This document shows positions 28,816 to 38,874 of a stretch of DNA of 64,000 nt, piece after piece (positions within the stretch are counted from its first letter, which is position 1; each line of letters starts with the position of its first letter). The notes below the pieces were generated by a model. The model did not search any database and had not been told where the DNA came from. It saw nothing but the letters and a program-made list of their open reading frames with translations. The translations under genes and the position numbers were made by a program. The stretch spans positions 35,955-99,954 of the forward strand of contig JAQBVN010000001.1 in the NCBI GenBank assembly GCA_027622975.1, read 5' to 3'. This DNA is from Bacteroidota bacterium. Lineage in GTDB: Bacteria > Bacteroidota > Bacteroidia > Flavobacteriales_D > Sanyastnellaceae.

Positions 28816-29514
28816 ATGAATCAGCACGTTGTCATGGTTGCCGGGGGCACAGGCACCCGGATGCGCCAGGCAACAGCCAAGCAGTTGATCATTGTCGAGG
28901 GTCTGCCATTGATGTGGTGGACCCTTCGTCGTTTCAGGGAGGCTTTGCCGACCGCTGAGGTGACCTTGGTGTTGCACGAGGGTTTGTTTGGGTCGTTTCG
29001 CGACCTGCAGCAAACGCATGGTGAGGCAGGTGTTCACCGCATTGTGCCAGGGGGAGCAGAGAGATTTCACTCAGTGGCAGCTGGACTCGCGACTCTCCCA
29101 AACCAAGGCGTGGTTGGCATTCATGATGCGGTCCGTCCTTTCCCATCGGTGGAAACCATTCAGCGGTGTTTTGGCCTCGCTGAAGAACACGGAAGTGCCA
29201 TTCCCGTGGTCCCTGTCAAAGACAGCATACGCACCTTGGACGAAGCGGGAAGTGAAGCAGTTCCGAGGGACAAGCTTCGGGCGGTCCAAACCCCTCAATG
29301 CTTTGACTTAGGCATGCTCAAGGCCGCGTTCCGGACAGAGTATCACCCATCCTTCACCGATGACGCAAGTGTCTTTGAGCACGCAGGCCATCGGGTTCAC
29401 CTTTGTGAAGGTGACCCTTGGAATGTCAAGGTGACGACGCCTGAAGATTTGCTCATCGCAGCTGCGTTTGTGCGTGCTTCGATGCCACCTGAGGAGAGCA
29501 TACCCACGCGTTGA
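28816..29514 (+). CDS. ispD: 2-C-methyl-D-erythritol 4-phosphate cytidylyltransferase
   Basis: VMVAGGTGTRM N-terminus, IHDAVRPF and VQTPQCF motifs. Confidence 0.9.
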   Translation: MNQHVVMVAGGTGTRMRQATAKQLIIVEGLPLMWWTLRRFREALPTAEVTLVLHEGLFGSFRDLQQTHGEAGVHRIVPGGAERFHSVAAGLATLPNQGVVGIHDAVRPFPSVETIQRCFGLAEEHGSAIPVVPVKDSIRTLDEAGSEAVPRDKLRAVQTPQCFDLGMLKAAFRTEYHPSFTDDASVFEHAGHRVHLCEGDPWNVKVTTPEDLLIAAAFVRASMPPEESIPTR

Positions 29515-29522
29515 GGAGCCCA

Positions 29523-30497
29523 TCAACTTGGCCGCATTGAGCCTCCAAGGCTGGACGACGAATCCAAGGCTACGCGGTAGTCGTGAATGTTGGAACGTCG
29601 GGTAGAACCGAGGTGCTTCATGACCGACAGCAACACGCCGATTCCCGCGATGGCCCAAGCCCAATCAAACCACGCCCACGTGCTGAGGGGTTGGGGTTCC
29701 AGCCCTGTTTCAAGCCACTCTGGTCCCATGACCCATGCCGTGACCACCACCCCCGCGTTGTTGATGAAATGTCCCAGGATGGCGGGCCAGATGCTCCCAC
29801 TGTACACCACCAAATACCCAAAAAGGGCACCCAAAATCATGCGAGGGAGGAATCCAAAGAACTGCATATGGATCGCACTGAAGATTGCCGCGGTCAGCCA
29901 AATTCCCAAGTGGACCTGACCCGTGGCGCGGACCATCACTGGCTGCAGGGCGCCTCGAAACAACCATTCTTCGCACAGGGCTGGAAGCAAGGCCACAGAG
30001 AAAAGCACGGCCACGCCTTCGACGGGGCTTGAAAACGTCAAAATGCGTTGCGTCAGGACCGCTGCTTGGGCTTCGAGGCTTCCTGCCCATGCGTGAAGGC
30101 TCGAGCCAGGCACCAAGGCCCATTCGTTGATCCGGTAGGTCAAATCGAGCAAAGGACTCGCGCACACCGCCACCACCGCAGCCCACAGCCACATGATTCC
30201 GTTGGGCCTCTTCATGAAAAATCCACCCAAGTGGGAGCGTCCCACCAAGGCTGCAAAAAGCCAAGCCCCCGCCAAAAATCCCACAAGCTGGTTGGCATTG
30301 TTGAGAACCAAGATGTTGGCTCGGTCCATCAAGACCTCGGGACTGGCCATGGCCATCATTCCCTCGACATTCCCTCCAGTCACCCACAACACGCCGACCA
30401 CGGCTGCGGCAGCAAGCATGGACAGGGTGATGCATGCGAGCATCACCATTTGCATGGCAGGATGCATCGTTTGGAAGGCGTGGCGGATGAAACTCAT
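29523..30497 (-). CDS. CPBP-family intramembrane glutamic endopeptidase (CAAX protease-like)
   Basis: EEWLFRGALQ and HxxxN (HFINNAG) motifs in a polytopic protein. Start at ATG 30497. Confidence 0.8.
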   Translation of the reverse strand: MSFIRHAFQTMHPAMQMVMLACITLSMLAAAAVVGVLWVTGGNVEGMMAMASPEVLMDRANILVLNNANQLVGFLAGAWLFAALVGRSHLGGFFMKRPNGIMWLWAAVVAVCASPLLDLTYRINEWALVPGSSLHAWAGSLEAQAAVLTQRILTFSSPVEGVAVLFSVALLPALCEEWLFRGALQPVMVRATGQVHLGIWLTAAIFSAIHMQFFGFLPRMILGALFGYLVVYSGSIWPAILGHFINNAGVVVTAWVMGPEWLETGLEPQPLSTWAWFDWAWAIAGIGVLLSVMKHLGSTRRSNIHDYRVALDSSSSLGGSMRPS

Positions 30498-30516
30498 GGC
30501 AGGGGCTTGTCTGCCG

Positions 30517-30524
30517 TAAATTTG
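30517..30524 (+). promoter_or_regulatory. -7 box TAAATTTG upstream of dusB (17 nt from the GTG start)
   Basis: Perfect TAnnTTTG. Confidence 0.45.
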
Positions 30525-30541
30525 CGGCAACTTCGACGAAC

Positions 30542-31534
30542 GTGGCACGGATAGGTTCCATCGATTTGGGGGATTTCCCGCTTTTGCTCGCACCCATGGA
30601 GGATGTGAGTGACCCGCCTTTTCGCGCCTTGTGCAAGGAATATGGGGCCGACATGATGTACACGGAGTTCATCTCGTCTGAGGGACTCATTCGTGATGCG
30701 GCCAAAAGTGTGGCCAAGCTTGACATTTTTGAATTCGAGCGGCCCATTGGGATCCAGATTTTTGGAGCGGAAATCGAATCCATGAGAGAGGCTGCGGCCA
30801 TTGCTGAACAAGCGGGACCTGACCTTGTGGACATCAATTACGGTTGCCCAGTCAAGAAGGTGGCTTGCCGTGGTGCAGGGGCGGGAATTCTCCAAGACAT
30901 TCCCAAGATGGTGGCCATGACCAAGGAGATTGTCGACACCTGCTCATTGCCAGTTACCGTGAAGACGCGTCTCGGGTGGGATGAAAGTAGCAAGCACATT
31001 GTGGAAGTGGCAGAAAGACTCCAAGATGTGGGGATTCAAGCCATCAGCATCCATGGTCGTACCCGGGCCCAGATGTACAAGGGAGAGGCTGATTGGTCCC
31101 TCATCGCCGCGGTGAAGAACAACCCTCGCATGGCCATTCCAGTGTTTGGGAACGGTGACATTGACAGTCCAGAAAAGGCCTTACGCTACCGGAACACCTA
31201 TGGGGTGGATGGCATCATGGTCGGCCGCGCTGCCATTGGCTCCCCGTGGTTTTTCCAACAGGTGAAGAATTATTTCGCCACCGGGGATGCCGGGCCCTTG
31301 CCGGACATGGGTGAGCGGGTTCGTGCGGTGCGCACCCACCTTCGCAGGAGCATCGAATGGAAGGGAGATCGCCTCGGGGTGGTGGAGATGAGACGTCATT
31401 ATGCCAACTATTTCAGGGGATTGCCCCATTTCAAGGAGCATCGTTTGGATTTGGTAACGCTCGATGACCCAGAAGCACTCGAGGCCAAACTAGCGGACAT
31501 CGCCGAATGTTTCGCGGGTTATGCTTTTGATTGA
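30542..31534 (+). CDS. dusB: tRNA-dihydrouridine synthase
   Basis: LLLAPMEDVSDPPFR, INYGCPVKK and HGRTRAQMYKG motifs. Apparent GTG start. Confidence 0.9.
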   Translation: MARIGSIDLGDFPLLLAPMEDVSDPPFRALCKEYGADMMYTEFISSEGLIRDAAKSVAKLDIFEFERPIGIQIFGAEIESMREAAAIAEQAGPDLVDINYGCPVKKVACRGAGAGILQDIPKMVAMTKEIVDTCSLPVTVKTRLGWDESSKHIVEVAERLQDVGIQAISIHGRTRAQMYKGEADWSLIAAVKNNPRMAIPVFGNGDIDSPEKALRYRNTYGVDGIMVGRAAIGSPWFFQQVKNYFATGDAGPLPDMGERVRAVRTHLRRSIEWKGDRLGVVEMRRHYANYFRGLPHFKEHRLDLVTLDDPEALEAKLADIAECFAGYAFD

Positions 31535-32766
31535 AGACCTCGCCGGGCTTGGCGTTTGATCAGGTGCCTCACCATGCCTGCGGATCCGAGCCCCCCAATG
31601 ACCACCACCACCAGCAAAGTCCCCGCAACATCATGCGCAGCGAGGCGCACGGGATAGGCTGGAACGACGGATCCTTGCAATTTGAGCCACCCGTATTGGG
31701 CTTGGCCGAGGACGATCAAGGCACCGGTCCCGACTCCCACCAGACCCCCAACCACATTGATGGCCAATCCCTGCCAGGCAAATGCCGTTTGAATTGCCGA
31801 ATCTGACATGCCCATGGCTCGGAGCACTTCCAGGTCGCGTTGTTTGTCCAAGAGGAGCATGGTCAGCGAAGCCATGATGTTGAAAGCGGCAACGACCAAA
31901 ATGAAACTCAGAATGGCAAATGTGGCCCATTTCTCTCCTTGGTTGGTCTGGGTGATGAAGCGATGCTTTTCGCTTCTCGTTTGGACCAAGGCGTTGTCCG
32001 CTGAGGGAAGGGACGAAGAAGCCAGCGCCTGACGCACGGTTTGGGCTACCTCTTCTTCACTCCATCCTTGGGATGCACGAACCTCCCACCGGCTGACCAT
32101 GCCTTCTCGATCCAGCAATTCCTGAGCTGTTGACAACGGCACAAGGGCATACCGCGTGTCCAATTCAGCATTGATGGAAAAAGTGCCGCATGCGCCCAGG
32201 GGAAGGGTTCGGAAAGCGCGTTCTCGGTGACGTGCGAGACGTTTTCCCCGAATGGGAGCCGACAAGGAGATGATCGGGGGCGCGACACTGTCAGCGCGCA
32301 GTGAGAGTTCGGATCTCACCCCTAACCCCAAACACGCACATGTCTGGGTCGAATCATCCACGCGGTAGGCCCCTTCCACCAAGGACCTCTGAATGCCTGA
32401 CACCTCACGGTATGCGCCATCCACCCCCAACAGAGTGGCCACGCGAACAGATTCGTTGGCACGAATCACACATTCATCTTCCACCACTGCCGCCCAAGCC
32501 TCCACCCCTGGAAGTCCCTCCAAAACGCCTTCGAGTTCTTCGGGCAAGACAGCACCGGTTTGCGGAAGAATGGCCACTTCCGCGTCAAGGGTGCCAAAGA
32601 GGGTTTGGACCAAATCTTCGATCCCATTGAACGCGGACAAAATGGCAATCATGGCTGCGGCCACTGCGGCAATGACCACCACAGAGATGCTCGAAATCAG
32701 GTGAACCAGCGTGCCCGTCCGTCTCTTGACAAGGTACCGCAGGGCCAGACGAACGGGCAATTTCAT
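31519..32766 (-). CDS. ABC transporter permease, FtsX/LolE-like
   Basis: LALRYLVKRR N-terminus typical of LolC/E-like permeases, and a C-terminal FtsX domain. Confidence 0.85.
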   Translation of the reverse strand: MKLPVRLALRYLVKRRTGTLVHLISSISVVVIAAVAAAMIAILSAFNGIEDLVQTLFGTLDAEVAILPQTGAVLPEELEGVLEGLPGVEAWAAVVEDECVIRANESVRVATLLGVDGAYREVSGIQRSLVEGAYRVDDSTQTCACLGLGVRSELSLRADSVAPPIISLSAPIRGKRLARHRERAFRTLPLGACGTFSINAELDTRYALVPLSTAQELLDREGMVSRWEVRASQGWSEEEVAQTVRQALASSSLPSADNALVQTRSEKHRFITQTNQGEKWATFAILSFILVVAAFNIMASLTMLLLDKQRDLEVLRAMGMSDSAIQTAFAWQGLAINVVGGLVGVGTGALIVLGQAQYGWLKLQGSVVPAYPVRLAAHDVAGTLLVVVVIGGLGSAGMVRHLIKRQARRGLQSKA

Positions 32767-32776
32767 CGCGAATGGA

Positions 32777-33115
32777 TCAGCTTCGAAGGGCCCGATCCAC
32801 GGCGTCTACATGGTCGAGGCTGTCGTCGAGGTAGAAATTCAATTCTGGCACGCGGCGAAGCTGTTTGCCCACCTTTCCGCCAAGGGCTTTTCTCACACGC
32901 CAATTTTCAGCTTCGACCGTTTTCAAGGCAGCTTGCAAATCTTGAACCCCCATGAAACTCAGGTACACCTTTGCCAATCCCAAATCGGGACCAATCCTGA
33001 CTTGGGTGACCGTGATGAACATGCCTGAAAACCATGCGTTGGACTCCCGCTGGAACAGGATGCTCAGCTCGCGCTTCAACAGTTCTGCCACGCGTTCTTG
33101 TCGGATCGTCGCCAT
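32777..33115 (-). CDS. rbfA: ribosome-binding factor A
   Basis: RQERVAELLKRELS... and an RbfA KH-like fold of 112 aa. Confidence 0.9.
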   Translation of the reverse strand: MATIRQERVAELLKRELSILFQRESNAWFSGMFITVTQVRIGPDLGLAKVYLSFMGVQDLQAALKTVEAENWRVRKALGGKVGKQLRRVPELNFYLDDSLDHVDAVDRALRS

Positions 33116-33119
33116 GTCT

Positions 33120-33127
33120 CGAAGGTA
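33120..33127 (-). promoter_or_regulatory. -7 box TACCTTCG, 4 nt upstream of the rbfA ATG
   Basis: Minus strand reads TACCTTCG-AGAC-ATG. Confidence 0.4.
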
Positions 33128-33173
33128 GGGCTTCTGAAGGCATCCGCCGATGATTCCCGGCGAATCACATGCC

Positions 33174-34352
33174 TCAGTACAGAAAGTTGTTGTAGGGATA
33201 GCGCTTGATGTGAAGGTCCTTCACCGTAGCGTACAGCAGGGCGCGGAATTCTTCCAAGCCTTCCTTGGTCTTGGCAGACATGAAAAAGACATGTTGCCCC
33301 AAGGCTTCGTGGCGCTCGCGCAATCCCCGAATCAGATCCTCCCTGGATCGTTCTCCTTCGGGGTCTTTCAGGGCATCGATTTTGTTGAACAACAGCAACA
33401 CGGGCTTGCTGTCACTTCCGATGTCTGCCAAGGTGCGATCGACGACAGCCATGTGGTCTTCACATTGAGGATGGCTCACGTCGACGACGTGAATCAGCAG
33501 ATCGCTTTCACGCGTTTCATCCAAGGTGCTTTTGAAAGACTCGATGAGTTGGGTGGGCAGTTTGCGGATGAATCCTACGGTGTCGCTCAACAGGAATGGC
33601 AGGTTGTCGATGACCACTTTTCTGACCGTGGTGTCCAGCGTGGCAAACAGTTTGTTTTCCGCGAACACATCGCTTTTGGACAACAACGTCATCAGCGTGC
33701 TCTTCCCGACATTGGTGTATCCCACAAAAGCCACGCGGATCATTTCTCCGCGGTTTTTTCGCTGGGTAGCCATTTGTTTGTCAATTCCTTCGAGGTGCTT
33801 TCGAAGCAACGCGATGCGATCGCGAATCACGCGACGGTCTGTTTCAATCTCTTTTTCTCCAGGACCCTTCATACCGATTCCACCCTTTTGTTTTTGGAGG
33901 TGCGTCCACATGTTGGTCAAACGTGGCAGCAGGTACTGGTACTGCGCCAATTCGACCTGCGTCTTGGCATGGGCAGTGGCCGCACGTTGCGCAAAAATGT
34001 CCAAGATGAGGTGGGTCCGATCGAGGATTTTCCGCTCTGGAATTTCTTTCTCGATGTTCCTCAATTGGATGGGACTCAACTCGTCGTCAAACACCACCAT
34101 GTCGATGTTTTCTTCTTCGACGTATTCCTTGATCTCCTGGAGTTTTCCCGAACCAATGAAAGTGCGAACGTCAGGCTTGTCCAAAGTTTGGATGAAGACA
34201 TGCTTTGGCTCAGCCGAGGCTGTCTCGACCAAAAAGGCCAATTCGTCGAGGTACTCTTCGAGTTGTTCACGCCGTTGGTGGCGCGTGGCAAGGCCCACGA
34301 GAATGCACGTCTCCTGCGGTTTGGCGGTGGAAAGTGGTGTTCGTTTGGCCAT
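33174..34352 (-). CDS. hflX: GTPase HflX
   Basis: G1 GYTNVGKST, G3 DTVGF and G4 NKID motifs, with an HflX N-terminal domain. Confidence 0.95.
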   Translation of the reverse strand: MAKRTPLSTAKPQETCILVGLATRHQRREQLEEYLDELAFLVETASAEPKHVFIQTLDKPDVRTFIGSGKLQEIKEYVEEENIDMVVFDDELSPIQLRNIEKEIPERKILDRTHLILDIFAQRAATAHAKTQVELAQYQYLLPRLTNMWTHLQKQKGGIGMKGPGEKEIETDRRVIRDRIALLRKHLEGIDKQMATQRKNRGEMIRVAFVGYTNVGKSTLMTLLSKSDVFAENKLFATLDTTVRKVVIDNLPFLLSDTVGFIRKLPTQLIESFKSTLDETRESDLLIHVVDVSHPQCEDHMAVVDRTLADIGSDSKPVLLLFNKIDALKDPEGERSREDLIRGLRERHEALGQHVFFMSAKTKEGLEEFRALLYATVKDLHIKRYPYNNFLY

Positions 34353-34355
34353 GGC

Positions 34356-34688
34356 TCAATGTCGAAAAGTCTCGATGTAGTTCGCGATTCCTTGAATCGT
34401 GGCCGCGTCTAGCATGTCCTTGTGGGGAGGCATGGTTCCCTTGCCATAGGTGATGATGGCAATTCGTTCCTCCAAACCCAGGGTGCTTTCACGAAGGTCG
34501 CCAGCCGTCAGAAGCACGGGTTCACCTTGTTCGCCGTGACACATGGCGCACTTCATCATGTATTGGCGTTGGGCATCAGCCTTTCCAACTCCGGTGTGAG
34601 GGGCTGTAGAGGGTTGTGCCATGTCTCCGCAGGATGAACCCCACAGGACTGCCAACAAGAGCAGCCCTCCATTCCTGGCTTTCATCAA
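34356..34688 (-). CDS. class I c-type cytochrome (lipoprotein signal)
   Basis: Single CAMCHG heme-binding motif and an LLAVLWGSSCG lipobox-like signal. Confidence 0.8.
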   Translation of the reverse strand: MMKARNGGLLLLAVLWGSSCGDMAQPSTAPHTGVGKADAQRQYMMKCAMCHGEQGEPVLLTAGDLRESTLGLEERIAIITYGKGTMPPHKDMLDAATIQGIANYIETFRH

Positions 34689-34695
34689 GACAGGG

Positions 34696-35148
34696 TTAGA
34701 ACCAACCGACTTGCTCGAATCCTTGCCGGAATGGCCACGGAATGGCGGCGAGGATCAAGACCAAAGCAAGCCCGAAGTACATGGCTTGCTTTCGATGTTT
34801 GGTCGCGTCGTCCGCGGCTCGCTTGCTCAAGCTGTATCCGAGCGTGCCCAATACGATGGCCAATACCATCAGGGATCCATGCTCTACAGCGAAAAACCGT
34901 GTGTAGCTGTTGGACATGGTGCCTTCCGCTTTGAGCATGCCAATCCATCCTCGCGTCATGTACACCATCAGGCCCACGAGCAACTGAATGTGTAGGGTAA
35001 TCATGGTGAACAACCCGAGCTTTCGCTGGCCCTCGGAAAATGGCGTGTTTCCGCGCCAACCGGACACGGAGCGAACAACTGTGAGCACGAGCAACACCAG
35101 GGCAACCCAGCGCAAGCCGCTGTGCATGTGCAAGAATCCTGTGATCAT
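34696..35148 (-). CDS. small four-helix membrane protein of unknown function
   Basis: Four predicted TM helices and clean codon structure. Sits 9 nt downstream of the gdhA stop and 7 nt upstream of the cytochrome c start. I recognise no family. Confidence 0.55.
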   Translation of the reverse strand: MITGFLHMHSGLRWVALVLLVLTVVRSVSGWRGNTPFSEGQRKLGLFTMITLHIQLLVGLMVYMTRGWIGMLKAEGTMSNSYTRFFAVEHGSLMVLAIVLGTLGYSLSKRAADDATKHRKQAMYFGLALVLILAAIPWPFRQGFEQVGWF

Positions 35149-35157
35149 GTGGCGAAG

Positions 35158-36549
<1,392 letters not shown>

Positions 36550-37344
36550 TCAGAGGCAGGGGGTTCGACCTCCATCAACCGGCAAATTGATACCGGAGAT
36601 ATACCCAGCCGCTGGTGAACAAAGAAAAGCGATGGCGTAGCCGACTTCTTCGGCAGTTCCTACCCTTCCTGCCGGGACCTGGGCTGCCATGTTTGCCAGG
36701 ATGTTTTCCGGCGTGGTCCCTGCTGCGGACGCCTTGACTTCAGCCAAGTTGGTCAGTCGGGCTGTGAGGGTTGCTCCTGGCAGTACGTTGTTCACGGTGA
36801 TGCCGTGAGCTCCGACCTCATTGGCCCACGTTTTGGCCCAATTGGCCACGGCACCTCGGACCGTGTTGGACACTCCCAACCCATTCAAAGGCGCCTTGAC
36901 GGAAGTGCTGATGACATTGACAATCCGACCCCACTGGGCGCGTTTCATGCCTGGGAACACGCCTTGGGCCAAGATTTGGTTGTTGACCAGGTGCTGGCGA
37001 AATGTGTTTTCAAAAGCCTCCATCGAGGCCTCGGTGATGGGTCCTCCCGCGGGCCCACCGCTGTTGTTCACCAGCACGTGAATGTCTCCCGATGACAGGA
37101 CGAGGTCGAGGGCGCGCGTGACCTGATGTGGATCGTGAAAATCAGCCAGGACAAACGAGTGTCCAGAACCAGGGAGCGTTTGCAACGCATCTTGAAGTCG
37201 TTCTTCATTCCGTGCCATCAAGGTGACTTCGGCACCCAATGTGGCCAGTTGCTGGGCGGCGGCCAGTCCAATGCCTTGTGATGCCCCGCATACGAGGGCC
37301 CGACGACCTTCGAGTCCGAGCGGCATTCCCAAAATGTCCTTCAT
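36550..37344 (-). CDS. SDR-family oxidoreductase
   Basis: The glycine-rich cofactor-binding motif is present as VCGASQGIG; also NNSGG and a PG motif. 264 aa. Confidence 0.88.
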   Translation of the reverse strand: MKDILGMPLGLEGRRALVCGASQGIGLAAAQQLATLGAEVTLMARNEERLQDALQTLPGSGHSFVLADFHDPHQVTRALDLVLSSGDIHVLVNNSGGPAGGPITEASMEAFENTFRQHLVNNQILAQGVFPGMKRAQWGRIVNVISTSVKAPLNGLGVSNTVRGAVANWAKTWANEVGAHGITVNNVLPGATLTARLTNLAEVKASAAGTTPENILANMAAQVPAGRVGTAEEVGYAIAFLCSPAAGYISGINLPVDGGRTPCL

Positions 37345-37349
37345 GGTGT

Positions 37350-37357
37350 CAAAGGTA
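37350..37357 (-). promoter_or_regulatory. -7 box TACCTTTG, 5 nt upstream of the SDR ATG
   Basis: Minus strand reads TACCTTTG-ACACC-ATG. Confidence 0.45.
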
Positions 37358-37366
37358 GTCCAGGCC

Positions 37367-37374
37367 TATTTTGG
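37367..37374 (+). promoter_or_regulatory. -7-like box TATTTTGG, 4 nt upstream of the epimerase ATG
   Basis: TATTTTGG-TCCC-ATG, back-to-back with the SDR box 9 nt away. Confidence 0.35.
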
Positions 37375-37378
37375 TCCC

Positions 37379-37777
37379 ATGAAGCGATTGGAGCATGTAG
37401 GCATCGCGGTCGAAGATCTCGACCAGGCGGAAACCATCTTTGCAGATGTGTTGGGCGTGGCACCCTACAAACGGGAAGCCGTTGAAGATGAAGGGGTGAT
37501 GACCTCGTTCTTTCAAACGGGGGATTCCAAGGTGGAATTGCTTGCCTCGATTCATCCGGATGGACCCATTGCGAGGCACCTGGAGCGCCGTGGCCCCGGC
37601 TTGCATCATCTGGCCTTTTTGGTGGAGAATCTCGAAGCGGAAATCAGCCGACTCACCGGCCAGGGTTATCGCGTGATTTCGGGTCCCAAGGGAGGAGCGG
37701 ACGGGAAACGCATCGCCTTTCTTCATCCCGGAGACACGGCCAAAGTGCTGGTGGAGTTGTGCGAGGACATGCCCTGA
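37379..37777 (+). CDS. mce: methylmalonyl-CoA epimerase (VOC/glyoxalase fold)
   Basis: MKRLEHVGIAVEDLDQA... and GPGLHHLAF motifs; about 132 aa. The track start 37223 is antisense to the SDR gene. Confidence 0.85.
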   Translation: MKRLEHVGIAVEDLDQAETIFADVLGVAPYKREAVEDEGVMTSFFQTGDSKVELLASIHPDGPIARHLERRGPGLHHLAFLVENLEAEISRLTGQGYRVISGPKGGADGKRIAFLHPGDTAKVLVELCEDMP

Positions 37778-37819
37778 CAGGGAGGACATGCCCTGACAGG
37801 GAGGACATGCCCTGACAGG
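37763..37819. repeat. perfect 19-bp tandem repeat x3 (GAGGACATGCCCTGACAGG)
   Basis: Copies at 37763..37781, 37782..37800 and 37801..37819. The first copy contains the last four codons and stop of the epimerase gene. Confidence 0.95.
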
Positions 37820-37873
37820 ATGTCTTTCAGGAGGCGGAATGCAAGTCCGCATGCACGGACCCAACAACGGAGC

Positions 37874-38872
37874 TCACCAATCGTCCTCCTCGGCACGCTG
37901 TTCCAAGGCCTTTTTGAGCCCTTTGTGTTTGGCCTTGGTGGTTCCCTTCATCTTGGGATCCCACAAGGTTTTGGACGAAGTGCTTCTCGTAGGCGCGGCA
38001 CATCCACCTTCGGGCTTGCGTCGATACATGTCGGCATGCACGGAGACGCGCCATGGGCGATAGCTTCCTTGCATCCAATCCAAACCCGCAACTCCTGCTT
38101 GGAGAGGTCGGAATGGTTCTGTGGTGGGAGCTTTGCCGAGCTGAAGGGCCTCTGTCGATAGGGTCAAACGCACCATTCGCCCACGCCAAATTTTGACCCC
38201 AGCACCCACGCCGAGGGTCCAAGCCACATGCCACACCGGGAGTTGCGCAGGGCTGAACATCATGGCGTCTTGTGAGGGCTCGCTTTGGGTCAAGTGGTAG
38301 GCCCCACGAAGTCCCGTTTGGAATTCCACAAAGCCATCAGGGCCTGTGGATTTGCCGCGCATCGCTTGGATGTTCCAAGCCAATCCGGCCGCCTGCGCGG
38401 ACCGTCGAATGTCCGTGAAGGCCAGTGTGCTGTCTTGAGGAGCGTTGAGGGCCCCTTCCCAAGTTTTGAACAAACCCACAAACATTTCGTCGTTGCGACG
38501 CAGGAAGATTTCCAAACCAGCCACGACGCGATCGGCCCACAGTGCGTCCTCGCGAAGCCATAGATGTCCCATTCCGAGGTGCGCACCCATCCGAGGTTGC
38601 GCCCGCCACAGGCCGTCATGCAAGGTGTCGAGCAGGGGGACTTCGTCAGTTCCTCGGTTCACCACCCAACTCGAGTTCCAAGAGGAAGGCAATCCCATCA
38701 CATGGTCTGTGCCGATGTGATAAGTCCAAGCCGCAGGCCTGTACGCCCGCCTCGTGCTTTCAAACGGGTCATCCCACACCCCTTGTCCTTCCATGGCCAT
38801 TCCTGCGAAGCCCAAAACCAAGCAGAGTAGGGCCCTCGGAATGCTTTGGATTGCGTGCAGGGGAGTCATCAT
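37874..38872 (-). CDS. hypothetical secreted protein with a Lys-rich C-terminal tail
   Basis: Signal-like N-terminus MMTPLHAIQSIPRALLCLVLGFAGMA, Trp/Gly-rich body, and tail KMKGTTKAKHKGLKKALEQRAEEDDW. Starts 2 nt after the kmo stop. Confidence 0.5.
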   Translation of the reverse strand: MMTPLHAIQSIPRALLCLVLGFAGMAMEGQGVWDDPFESTRRAYRPAAWTYHIGTDHVMGLPSSWNSSWVVNRGTDEVPLLDTLHDGLWRAQPRMGAHLGMGHLWLREDALWADRVVAGLEIFLRRNDEMFVGLFKTWEGALNAPQDSTLAFTDIRRSAQAAGLAWNIQAMRGKSTGPDGFVEFQTGLRGAYHLTQSEPSQDAMMFSPAQLPVWHVAWTLGVGAGVKIWRGRMVRLTLSTEALQLGKAPTTEPFRPLQAGVAGLDWMQGSYRPWRVSVHADMYRRKPEGGCAAPTRSTSSKTLWDPKMKGTTKAKHKGLKKALEQRAEEDDW

Positions 38873-38874
38873 GG

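Noticed and set aside
33150-34412. 420-aa plus-strand ORF covering the whole hflX locus.
   Set aside because: It is an exact antisense shadow of hflX, whose own frame carries G1/G3/G4 GTPase motifs. The shadow translation is low-complexity, has no recognisable motif, and owes its length to GC-rich third positions on the real strand.
37763-37819. Considered whether the 19-bp repeats could be a mini CRISPR array.
   Set aside because: The copies are directly abutting with no spacers, number only three, and have no cas genes nearby. This is a tandem duplication.
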